In this document: one piece after another, positions 28,501 through 41,549 of the stretch
Layout of the letters: each line of letters opens with the position of its first letter
Numbering within the stretch: position 1 is the first letter of the stretch
Source of the DNA: the human T2T-CHM13v2.0 reference genome, Homo sapiens
NCBI RefSeq assembly: GCF_009914755.1
Contig: NC_060933.1
Reading direction: 5' to 3' (one strand)
Length of the DNA: 64,000 nucleotides
The notes under the pieces: model-generated
What the model saw: only the letters and a program-made list of their open reading frames with translations
Told to the model about the DNA's origin: nothing
Database searches by the model: none
Made by a program: the position numbers and the translations under genes

Positions 28501-31500
28501 CCTTCCATTCCACTCCATTCCCCTGCACTCGGGTTGATTCCATTCCATTCCATTCCATTCCATTCCATTCCATTCCATTCCATTTCGTTCCATTCCACTC
28601 TATTCCGTACCATTCCATTCCATTCCTTTCCATTCCAATCCATGCTATTCCACTCGGGTTGATTCCATTCCTTTCCATTCCATTCGAGTTGAATCCATTC
28701 CATTCCATTCCATTCCATTCGATTCCATTCCATTGCACACGGGTTCATTTCATTCCATTCCATTCCATTCCATTCCATTTAGTTCCATTCCATTCTATTC
28801 CATACCATTCCATTCCATTCCATTCCATTCCACTCCATTCCATGCTATTCCTCTCGGGTTTATTCCATTCCTTTCCATTCCATTCGGATTGAATCCATTC
28901 CTTTCCATTCAATTCCATTCCACTCGATTCCATTACATTGCACTCGTGTTGTTTCCATTCCATTCCATTCCATTCCATTTCATTCTATTCCATTCCATTC
29001 CATTCCATTCCATTCCATGCCATTCCACTCGGGTTGATTCCATTCCTTTCCATTCCATTCGAGTTGAAACCATTCCATTCCATTCCATTCCATTCTATTC
29101 CATTCCATTCCAATCCATTGCACACGGGTTCATTCCATTCCATTCCATTCCATTCCATTCCATTCCATTCCGTTCCATTCCATTCTATTCCGTACCATTC
29201 CATTCCATTCCATTCCATTCCATTCCATTCCATTCCATTCCATGCCATTCCACTCGGTTTTTTCCATTCCTTTCCATTCCATTCGGGTTGAATCCATTCC
29301 TTTCCATTCCATTCCGTTCAATTCCATTCCATTGCACTCGGGTTGATTCCATTCCATTCCATGCCATTCCATTTCATTCCGTTCCATTCCATTCCATTAC
29401 ATTCGGATTGATTCTTTTCAATTCCCTTACACTCCATTACATTCCATTCCATTCGGATAGTTTCCGTTCCATTCCATTCCATTCCACTCCATTGCATTGC
29501 ACTCGGGTTGATAGATTCCATTCCATTCCATTCCATTCCATTCCATTCCATTCCATTCCGGATGAATCCATTCCATTGCATTCCATTCCATTCCATTCCC
29601 CTGCACTCGGGTTGATTCCATTCCATTCCATTCCATTCCATTCCGTTCCATTCCATTCCATTCCATTCCATTCTGTTCAGGTTAATTCCATTCCATTCCA
29701 TTCCATTCCATTCCATTCCATTCCATTCCATTCCATTCCATTCCATTGCAATCGAGTTGTTTCCATTGCATTCCATTCCATTCCATTCCATTGCATTCCA
29801 TTGCATTCCATTCCCCTGCACTCAGGTTGATTCCATTCCATTCCATTCCATTCCATTCCGGATGATTCCATTCCTTTGCCTTCCATTCCACCCCATTCCC
29901 CTGCACTCGGGTTGATTCCATTCCATTCCATTCCATTCCATTCCATTCCATTTCGTTCCATTCCACTCTATTCCGTACCATTCCATTCCATTCCTTTCCA
30001 TTCCAATCCATGCTATTCCACTCGGATTGATTCCATTCCTTTCCATTCCATTCGAGTTGAATCCATTCCATTCCATTCCATTCCATTCGATTCCATTCCA
30101 TTGCACACGTGTTCATTCCATTCCATTCCATTCCATTCCATTCCATTCCATTCCATTCCATTTAGTTCCATTCCATTCTATTCCATACCATTCCATTCCA
30201 TTCCATTCCATTCCACTCCATTCCATGCTATTCCTCTCGGGTTTATTCCATTCCTTTCCATTCCATTCGGGTTGAATCCATTCCATTCCATTCAATTCCA
30301 TTCCACTCGATTCCATTACATTGCACTCGTGTTGTTTCCATTCCATTCCATTCCATTCCATTTCATTCCATTCCATTCCATTCCATTCCATTCCATTCCA
30401 TTCCATTTCATTCCATTCCATTCCATTCCATTCCATTCCATTCCATTCCATTCCATGCCATTCCACTCGGGTTGATTCCATTCCTTTCCATTCCATTCGA
30501 GTTGAAACCATTCCATTCCATTCCATTCCATTCCATTCCAATCCATTGCACACGGGTTCATTCCATTGCATTCCATTCCATTCCATTCCATTCCATTCCA
30601 TTCCATTCCATTTCTTTCCATTCCATTCTATTCCTTACCATTCCATTCCATTCCATTCCATTCCATGCCATTCCACTCGGGTTTATTCCATTCCTTTCCA
30701 TTCCATTCGGGTTGAATCCATTCCTTTCCATTCCATTCCGTTCAATTCCATTCCATTGCACTCGGGTTGATTCCATTCCATTCCATGCCATTCCATTTCA
30801 TTCCGTTCCATTCCATTCCATTACATTCGGATTGATTCTTTTCAATTCCCTTACACTCCATTACATTCCATTCCATTCGGGTAGTTTCCGTTCCATTCCA
30901 TTCCATTCCACTCCATTGCTTTGCACTCGGGTTGATTGATTCCATTACATTGCTTTCCATTCCATTCCATTCCATTCCGGATGAATCCATTCCATTGCAT
31001 TCCATTCCATTCCATTCCCCTTCCCTCGGGTTGATTCCATTCCATTCCATTCCATTCCATTCCGTTCCATTCCATTCCATTCCATTCCATTCTGTTCAGG
31101 TTAATTCCATTCCATTCCATTCCATTCCATTCCATTCCATTCCATTCCATTCCATTCCATTCCATTGCAATCGAGTTGTTTCCATTGCATTCCATTCCAT
31201 TCCATTCCATTGCATTCCATTGCATTCCATTCCCCTGCACTCAGGTTGATTCCATTCCATTCCATTCCATTCCATTCTATTCGCGTTAATTCCATTCCAT
31301 TCCATTCCATTACATTCCATTGCAATCTACTTGATTCCATTCCATTCCATTCCATTCCATTTAATTCAAGTCCTTTCCATTCCATTCCACTCGTGTTTAT
31401 TCCATTTTATTAGTTTCCATTCCAATCCTTTCCCTTCCATTCCACTCTGGTTGATTCCATTCCTTTCCATTCCACTCGAATTCATTCCCTTCTATTCCAC

Positions 31501-34050
31501 TCGGAATGATTCCATTCCATTCCGTTCCATTCCATTCCATTCGATTCTATTTCCTACCATTGCTTTCTATTCCGTACCATTCCATTCCATTCCATTCCAT
31601 GCCATTCCACTCTGGTTGATTCCATTGCTTTCCATTCCATTTGGGTTGAATCCATTCCATTCCATTCCATTCCATTCCATTCCATTCCATTGCACTAGGT
31701 TTGATTCCATTCCACTGCATTCCATTCCATTCCATTCCATTCCATTCCATTCCGTTCCATTCAGTTCCATTACATTCGGATTGATTCTTTTTAATTCCCT
31801 CAGACTCCATTACATTCCATTCCATTCGGGTACTTTCCATTCCATTCCATTCCATTCCATTCCATTCCACTGCATTATATTGCACTCGGGTTTATTGATT
31901 CCATTCCATTGCATTCCATTCCATTCCATTCCATTCCGGATGATTCCATTCCATTGCATTCCATTCTATTCCATTCCCCTGCACTCGGGTTGATTCCATT
32001 CCATTCCATTCCATTCTATTCCGTTCCGTTCCATTCCATTCCATTCCATTCTGTTCAGGTTAATTCCATTCCATTCCATTCCCTTCCATTCCATTCCATT
32101 CCATTCCATTGCAATCGAATTGATTCCATTGCATTCCATTTCATTCCATTCCATTGCATTCCATTCCATTCCTATCCCCTGCACTCAGGTTGATTCCATT
32201 CCATTCCATTCCATTCCATTCCATTCCATTCTATTCCATTCCATTCTATTCGCGGTAATTCCATTCCATTCCATTCCATTACCTTCCATTGCAATCAAGT
32301 TGATTCCATTCCATTCCGTTCCTTTCCATTCCATTCCATTCAAGTCCTTTCCATTCCATTCCAGTCGTGTTGATTCCATTTTATTAGTTTCCATTCCATT
32401 CCATTCCCTTCCATTCCACTCTGGTTGATTCCATTCCTTTCCATTCCACTCGAATACATTCCCTTCTATTCCACTCGGAATGATTCCATTCCATTCCGTT
32501 CCATTCCATTCCATTCCATTCCATTTCTTTCCATTCCATTCTGTTCCGTACCATTCCATTCCATTCCACTCCATTCCATTCCATTCCATTCCATTCCATT
32601 CCATTCCATTCCATGCCATTCCACTCGGGTTGATTCCATTGCTTTCCATTCCATTTGGGTTGAATCCATTCCATTCCATTCCATTCCATTCCATTCCATT
32701 CAATTGCACTAGGTTTGATTCCATTCCACTGCATTCCATTCCATTCCATTCCATTCCATTCCACTCCATTCCATTCCATTCCCCCGCACTCGGGTTCATT
32801 CCATTCCATTGCATTTACTTCCATTCCATTCCATTCCATTCCATTCCTTTCCATTCCATTCCATTGCAATCGAGTTGATTCCATTCCATTCTTTCTATTC
32901 AATTCCGGATGATTCCATTCCATTGCCTTCAATTCCATTCCATTCCCCTGCACTCGGGTTGATTCCATTCCATTCCATTCCATTCCATTCCATTCCATTC
33001 CATTTCATTCTATTCCATTTCTTTCCATTCCATTCTATTCCGTACCATTCCATTCCATTCCATTCCATTCCATTCCATTCCATTCCATTCTATTCGGGTT
33101 AATTCCATTGCACTCCATTCCATTCCATTCCATTCCATTCCATTCCTTTCCATGCCATTCCACTCGGGTTGATTCCATTCCTTTCCATTCCATTCGAGTT
33201 GAATACATTCCAATCCATTCCATTGCATTCGATTCCATTCCATTGCACACGGGTTCATTCCATTCCATTCCATTCCATTCCATTGCAATCGAGTTGATTC
33301 CATTACATTCCATTCAATTCCGGATGATTCCATTCCATTGCCTTCAATTCCATTCCATTCCCCTGCACTCGGGTTGATTCCATTCCATTCCATTCCATTT
33401 CATTCCATTCCATATCGTTCCATTCCATTCTATTCCATACCATTCCATTCCATTCCATTCCATTCCATTCCATTCCATTCCATTCCATGCCATTCCACTC
33501 GGGTTGATTCCATTCCTTTCCATTCCATTCGAGTTGAATCCATTCCATTCCATTCCATTCCATTCGATTCCATTCCATTGCACACGGGTTCATTCCATTC
33601 CATTCCATTCCATTCCATTCCATTCTATTTCGTTCCATTCCATTCTATTCCGTACCATTCCATTCCTTTCCATTCCATTCCATTCCATTCCACTCCATTC
33701 CATGCCATTCCACTCGGGTATATTCCATTCCTTTCCATTCCATTCGGGTTGAATCCATTCCATTCCATTCCATTCCATTCGATTCCATTACATTGCACTC
33801 GGGTTGATTCCATTCCATTCCATTCCATTACATTTCATTCCATTCCATTCCATTCCATTTCATTCAATTCTATTCCATTCAATGCCATTCCATTCGTGTT
33901 TATTCCATTCCTTTCCATTCCATTCGAGTTGAACCCATTCCATTCCATTCCATTCCATTCCATTCCGTTCCATTCCATTGCACACGGGTTCATTCCATTC
34001 CATTCCATTACATTACATTACATTTCGTTCCTTTCAATTCTATTCCGTTC
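10600..34050 (+). repeat. ~10.2-10.5 kb super-repeat marked by module Z
   Basis: ctcGAATTC with the G at 10805/21284/31478; ctcagactcc at 11061/21620/31799; cctatc at 11423/21992/32171. Confidence 0.85.
16960..17800 (+). repeat. ~420-425-bp tandem duplication in module X
   Basis: ccacgcgggt at 17121/17546; cctttgcatt at 17331/17751. Confidence 0.85.
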
Positions 34051-37000
34051 CATTCCATTCCATTCCACTGCATTCCATTCCATTAAATTCCCCTGCACTT
34101 GGTGTGATTCCGTTCCATTCTATTCCATTCCATTCCTTTCCATTCCATTCAATTCCATTCTATTCGGGTTAATTCCATTCCATTCCATTCCATTCAATTC
34201 CATTCCATTGCAATCGAGTTGATTCCATTGCATTCCATTCCATTCCATTCCAGTCCTTTCCATTCCATTCCACTCGGGTTGATTCCATTCTATTCCTTTC
34301 CATTCCATTCGATTCCATTCCATTCCACTCTGGTTGATTCCATTCCTTTTCATTCCACTCGAAAACATTTCCTTCTATTCCACTCGGAATGATTCCATTC
34401 CATTCCATTTCGTTCTTTCCATTCTATTCCGTACCATTCCATTCCATTCCATTCCATTCCATTCCATTCCATGCCATTCCACTCGCGTTGATTCCATTCC
34501 TTTCCATTCCATTCGAGTTAAATCCATTCCAATCCATTCCATTCCATTCGATTCCATTCCATTGCACACGGGTTCATTCCATTCCATTCTATTCCATTCC
34601 ATTCCATTCCATTCCATTTCGTTCCATCCCATTCTATTCCGTACCATTCCATTCCATTCCATTCCATTCCATTCCACTCCATTCCATGCCATTCCATTCT
34701 GGTTTATTCCATTCCTTTCCATTCCATTCGGGTTGAATCCATTCCATTCCATTCCATTCCATTCAATTCCATTACATTGCACTCGGGTTGATTCCATTCC
34801 ATTCCATTACATTACATTTCATTCCATTCCACTCCATTCCATGCCATTCCACGCGGGTTTATTCCATTCCTTTCCATTCCATTCGTGTTGAATCCATTCC
34901 ATTCCATTCCATTCCATTCGATTCCATTACACTGCACTCGGGTTGATTCAATTCCATTCCATTCCATTACATTTCATTCCATTCCATTCCATTCCATTCC
35001 ATTCCATTCCATTCCATTGCACACGGGTTCATTCCATTCCATTCCATTCCATTCCATTGCATTCCATTCCATTCCGTTCCATTCCATTCCATTCCTTTCT
35101 GTTCAGGTTAATTCCATTCCATTCCTTTCCCTTCCATTCCATTCCATTCCATTCCATTGCAATCGAGTTGATTCCATTGCATTCTATTCCATTACATTCC
35201 ATTGCAATCCATTCCATTCCATTCCCCTGCACTCAGGTTGATTCCATTCGATTCCATTCCATTCCATTCCATTCCATTCCGTTCCATTCCATTCCATTCC
35301 ATTCTATTCGCTTTAATTGCATTCCATTAAATTCCATTGCATTCCATTGCAATCGAGTTGATTTCATTCCTTTCCGTTCCATTCCATTCCATTCCATTCC
35401 ATTTCATTCCATTCCATTCTATTCCGTACCATTCCATTCCATTCCATTCCATACCATTCCATTCCATTCCGTTCCATTCCATTCCATGCCATTCCACTCG
35501 GGTTGATTCCATTGCTTTCCATTCCATTTGGGTTGAATCCATTCCATTCCATTCCATTCCATTCCATTCCATTCCATTCCATTCCATTCCATTCCATTCC
35601 ATTGCACTAGGTTTGATTCCATTCCACTGCATTCCATTCCATTCCATTCCATTCCGTTCCATTCCATTCCATTACATTCGGATTGATTGTATTCAATTCC
35701 CTTACACTCCATTTCATTCCATTCCATTCGGGTTGTTTCCATACCATTCCATTCCATTCTATTCCATTTCGTTCCATTCCATTCTATTCGGTACCATTCC
35801 ATTCCATTCCATTCCATTCCATTCCATGCCATTCCACTTGGGTTGATTCCCTTCCTTTCCATTCCATTCGGGTTGAATCCATTCCATTCCATTCCATTCC
35901 ATTCCTTTCCATTCCATTACACACGGGTTGATTCCTTTCCATTCCTTTCTGTTCCATTCCGGATGACTCCATTCCATTCCATTCCATTCCATTCCATTCC
36001 ATTCCCCTGCCCTCGGGTTCATTACATTCCATTCCATTTACTTCCATTCCATTCCATTCCATTCAATTCCATTCTATTCGGGTTAATTCCATTCCATTCC
36101 ATTCCATTCCATTCCATTCCATTGCATTCCATTGCAATCAAGTTGATTCCATTCCATTCCATTCAATTCCGGATGATTCCATTCCATTGCCTTCAATTCC
36201 ATTCCATTCCCCTGCACTCGGATTGATTCCATTCCATTCCATTCCATTCCATTCCATTCCATTCCATTTCATTCCATTCCATTTCGTTCCATTCAATTCT
36301 TTTGCGTTCCATTCCATTCCATTCCATTCCATTCCATTCCATTCCTTTCCATTCTATTCGGGTTAATTCCATTCCATTCCATTCCATTCCATTCCATTCC
36401 ATTCCGTTCCATTCAATTCCATTACATTCGGATTGATTCTTTTTAATTCCCTTACACTCCATTACATTCTATTCCATTCGGGTAGTTTCCATACCATTCC
36501 ATTCCATTCCACTGCATTCTATTGCACTCGGGTTGATTGATTCCATTCCATTGCATTCCATTCCATTCCATTCCATTCCGGATGATTCCATTCCATTGCA
36601 TTCCGTTGCATTCCATTCCCCTGTACTCGGGTTGATCCCATTCCATTGCATTCCATTCCATTCCATTCCATTCCATTCCATTCCATTCCGTTCCGTTCCA
36701 TTCCATTCCCTTCCATTCTGTTCAGGTTAATTCCATTCCATTCCATTCCCTTCCATTCCATTCCATTCCATTCCATTCCATTCCATTCCATGCCATTCCA
36801 CTCGGGTTGATTCCATTCCTTTCCATTCCATTCGAGTTGAACCCATTCCATTCCATTCCATTCCATTGCATTCCACTCGGGTTGATTCCATTCCTTTCCA
36901 TTCCATTCGGGTTGAAACCATTCCATTCCATTCCATTCCTTTCGATTCCATTCCATTTCACTCGGGTTGATCCCATTCCATTGCATTCCATTCCATTCCA

Positions 37001-40000
37001 TTGCATTCCATTCCGTTCCATTCCATTCCATTACATTCGTATTGATTCTATTCAATTCCCTTACTCTCCATTACATTCCATTCCTTTCGGGTTGTTTCCA
37101 TTCCATTCCATTCCACTCCATTCCATTTCAATCGGGTGATTCCATTACATTCCATTGCATTCCATTCCATTCCGTATGATTCCATTCCATTGCATTCCAT
37201 TCCATTCCATTCCCTTGCACTCGGGTGGATTCCATTCTATTCCATTCCATTCCATTCCATTCCATTCCATTCCATTCCATTCCATTCTATTCGGGTTAAT
37301 TTCATTCCATTCCATTCCATTCCCTTCCATTGCATTCCATTCCATTCCATTCCATTCCATTGAAATCGAGTTGATTCCATTCCATTCCATTCCATTCCAT
37401 TCTATTCCGTTCCATTCCATTCAATTACATTCGTATTGATTCTTTTTAATTCCCTTACACTCCATTACATTCCATTCCATTCGGGTACTTTCCATTCCAT
37501 TCCATTCCATTCCACTGCATTCTATTGCACTCGGGTTGATTGATTCCATTCCATTGCATTCCATTCCATTCCATTCCCCTGAACTCGGGTGGATTCCATT
37601 CCATTCCATTCCATTCCATTCCGTTACATTCCATTCCATTCCATTCTGTTCAGGTTAATTCCATTCCATTCCATTCCCTTCCATTCCATTCCAATCTATT
37701 CCATTCCATTCCATTCCATTCCCCTGCACTCAGTTTGATTCCATTCCATTCCATTCCATTCCATTCCGTTCCATTCCATTCCAATCCATTGTATTCGCAT
37801 TAATTCCATTCAATTCCATTCCATTACATTCCATTGCAGTCGAGTTGATTCCATTCCATTCCATTCCATTCCATTCAAGTCCTTTCCATTCCATTCCACT
37901 CGTGTTGATTCCATTTTATTAGTTTCCATTCCATTCCATTCCCTTCCATTCCACTCTGGTTGATTCCATTCCTTTCCATTCTACTCGAATGCATTCCCTT
38001 CTATTCCACTCTGATTGATTCCATTCCATTCCGTTCCATTCCATTCCATTTCGTTCCATTCCATTCCATTCCATTCCATTCCTTTCCATTCCATTCCGTT
38101 CCATTCCATTCCATTCCATTCCATTTCTTTCCATTCCATTCTATTCCATACCATTCCATTCCATTCCGTTCCATGCCATTCCACTCGGGTTGATTCCATT
38201 GCTTTCCATTCCATTTGGGTTGAATCCATTCCATTCCATTCCATTCCATTCCATTCCATTCCATTGCATTCCATTCCATTGCACTAGGATTGATTCCATT
38301 CCACTGCATTCCATTCCATTCCATTCCATTCCATTCCGTTCCATTCCATTCCATTACATTCGTATTGATTGTATTCAATTCCCTTACACTCCATTACATT
38401 CCATTCCACTCGGGTTGTTTCCATTCCATTCCATTCCATTCCACTCCATTCCATTGCAGTCGGGTTGATTCCATTCCATTCCATTCCATTCCCTTCCATT
38501 CCATTTCGTTCCATTCCATTCTATTCCATACCATTCCATTCCATTCCATTCCATTCCACTCCATTGCATTCCATTCCATTCCATGCCATTCCACTCGGGT
38601 TGATTCCTTTCCATTCCATTCCATTCGGGTTGAAACCATTCCATTCCTTTCTATTCCATTCCATTCCATTCCGGATGATTGCATTCCATTGCCTTCCATT
38701 CAATTGCATTCCCCTGCACCCGGGTTGATTCCATTCAATTCCATTCCATTCCATTCCGTTCCATTCCATTGCATTCCATTCCATTCCATTCCATTCCATT
38801 CCACTCGGGTTGATTCCATTCCTTTCCATTCCATTCGGGGTGAAGCCTTTCCATTCCATTCCATTCCTTTCGATTCCATTCCATTGCACTCGGGTTGATC
38901 CCATTCCATTGCATTCCATTCCATTCCATTACATTCCATTCCATTCCATTCCGTTCCATTCAATTCCATTACATTCGGATTGATTCTATTCAATTCCCTT
39001 ACACTCCATCACATTCCATTCCATTCGGGTTGTTTCCATTCCATTCCATTCCATTGCATTCCATTGCATTCCATTCCATTCCATTCCGTATGATTCCATT
39101 CTATTGCATTCTATTCCATTCCATTCCCCTGCAGTCGGGTGGATTCCATTCTATTCCATTCCATTCCATTCCATTCCATTCCATTCCATTCCATTCCATT
39201 GAAATCGAGTTGATTCCATTCCATTCCATTCCATTCCATTCCATTCCATTCCATTCTATTCGGGTTAATTCCATTCCATTCCATTCCATTCCATTCCATT
39301 CCATTCCATTCCATTCTATTAGGGTTAATTCCATTCCATTCCATTCCATTCCATTCCATTCCATTCCATTCCATTGCAATCGAGTTGATTCCATTCCATT
39401 CCATTCCATTCAATTCCATTGAACTCGGGTTGATTCCATTCCATTCCATGCCATTCCATTTCATTCCAATCCATTGCCTTCCATTCCATTCCATTCCTCT
39501 GCACTCAGGTTGATTCCATTCCATTCCTTTCCATTCCATTCCATTCCATTCCATGCCATTCCACTCGGGTTGATTCCATTACTTTCCATTACATTCGAGT
39601 TGAATCCATTCCATTCGATTCCATTCCATTCGATTCCATTCCATTGCTCACGGGTTCATTCCATTCCATTCCATTCCATTCCATTCCATTTCGTTCCATT
39701 CCATTCTCTTCCGTAGTATTCCATTCCACTCCATTCCACTCCATTCCATGCCATTCCACTCGGGTTTATTCCATTCCTTTCCATTCCATTCGGGTTGAAT
39801 TCATTCCATTCCATTCCACTCCATTCCATTCAATTCCATTACATTGCAATCGGGTTGATTCCATTGCATTCCATTCCATTTCAATCCATTCCCTTCCATT
39901 CCATTTCATTCCATTCCATTCCATTCCATTCCATTCCATTCCATTCCATGCCATTCCACTGGGGTTGATTCCATTACTTTCCATTCCATTCTAGTTGAAC

Positions 40001-40013
40001 CCATTCCATTCCA

Positions 40014-40060
40014 TTCCATTCCATTCCATTCCATTGCACACGGAATGGAATGGAATGGAA
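40014..40060. other. Strand-inversion breakpoint inside the satellite (hairpin/cruciform-capable)
   Basis: Sequence reads ...ccattccattccattgcacacggaatggaatggaatggaaacaacccg.... The left module normally continues gcacacgggttc and is cut after cgg. 40014-40032 is the exact reverse complement of 40042-40060, with loop ATTGCACAC (40033-40041). Confidence 0.95.
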
Positions 40061-41549
40061 ACAACCCGAATGGAATGGAATGTAATGGAGTGTAAGGGAA
40101 TTGAATACAATCAATCCGAATGTAATGGAATGGAATGGAACGGAATGGAATGGAATGGAATGCAGTGGAATGGAATCAAACCTAGTGCAATGGAATGGAA
40201 TGGAATGGAATGGAATGGAATGGAATGGAAGGGATTGGATTCAACCCAAATGGAATGGAAAGCAATGGAATCAACCCCAGTGGAATGGCATGGAATGGAA
40301 TGGAATGGAATGGAATGGAATGGTACAGAATAGAATGGAATGGAACGAAATGGAATGGAATGGAATGGAATGGAACGGAATGGAATTAACGCGAATAGAA
40401 TGGAATGGAATGTAATGGAACGGAATGGAATGGAATGGGATGGAATGGAATCAATCTGAGTGCAGGGGAATGGAATGGAATGGAATGCAATGGAATGGAA
40501 TGGAATGGAATGGAATGCAATGGAATCAACTAGATTGCAATGGGATGGAATGGAATGGAATGGAATGGAAGGGAATGGAATGGAATGGAATTAACCTGAA
40601 CAGAATGGAATGGAATGGAATGGAACGGAATGGAAGGGAATGGAATGGAATGGAATTAACCTGAACAGAATGGAATAGAATGGAATGGAATGGAATGGAA
40701 TGGAATGGAATGGAATGGAATGGAATGGAATGCAATGGAATGGGATCAACCCGAGTGCAGGGGAATGGAATGGAATGGAATGCAATGGAATGGAATCAAT
40801 CAACCCGAGTGCAATAGAATGCAGTGGAATGGAATGGAATGGAATGGAAAGTACCCGAATGGAATGGAATGTAATGGAGTGTAAGGGAATTAAAAAGAAT
40901 CAATCCGAATGTAATGGAATGGAATTGAAAGGAAAGGAATGGAAAGGAATGGAACGGAATGGAACGGAATGAAATGGAATGGCATAGAACGGAATGGAAT
41001 CAACCCGAGCGCAATGGAATGGAATGGAATGGAATGGAATGGATTCAACCCGAATGGAATGGAAAGGAATGGAATAAACCCGAGTGAAATGGCATGGAAT
41101 GGAATGGAATGGAATGGAATGGTATGGAGTAGAATGGAATGGAACGAAATGGAATGGAATGGAATGGAATGGAATGGAATGGAATGGAATGAACCCGTGA
41201 GCAATGGAATGGAATGGAATGGAATGGAATGGAATGGAATGGAATCAACCCGATTGCAATGTAATGGAGTGGAATGGAATGGAATGGAGTGGAAACAACC
41301 CGAATGGAATGGAATGTAATGGAGAGTAACGGAATTGAATAGAATCAATACGAATGTAATGGAATGGAATGGAACGGAATGGAATGCAATGGAATGGAAT
41401 GGAATGCAATGGAATGGGATCAACCCGAGTGAAACGGAATGGAATCGAAAGGAATGGAATGGAATGGAATGGTTTCAACCCGAATGGAATGGAAAGGAAT
41501 GGAATCAACCCGAGTGGAATGGAATGGAATGGAATGGAATGGAATGGAA

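Larger units (their letters stand above)
1900..34050 (+). repeat. Homogeneous modular higher-order expansion (modules X, Y, Z, W)
   Basis: Rare markers recur. X: attagactcc at 2777, 5287, 12106, ~15838, ~24158 and caggatgact at 4674, 7109, 13988, 18096, 26016. Y: ttagttcc at 7588, ~9544, 14462, 18560, 19998, 26510, 28779, 30162. Z: ctcagactcc at 11061, 21620, 31799. W: tctttctatt at 22681, 32890. Confidence 0.85.
1..40043 (+). repeat. HSat3-type satellite array, CATTC (C-rich) strand on +
   Basis: Continuous (CATTC)n with recurrent interruptions actcgggttg, attcgagttgaatcc, attgcacacgggttc and attcccctgcactcggg. CATTC dominates and the HSat2-type CATTCGATGATG word was not seen, which matches classical Satellite 3. 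Confidence 0.96.

Noticed and set aside
40014-40060. Rho-independent terminator or pre-miRNA hairpin
   Set aside because: The stem is just the satellite meeting its own reverse complement. There is no U-tract or gene context, and the DNA is eukaryotic heterochromatin.
40885-40905. DUX4-like site in ttaaaaagaatcaatc / gattgattc words
   Set aside because: Spacing and bases do not fit the 11-bp TAAYYYAATCA-type consensus.
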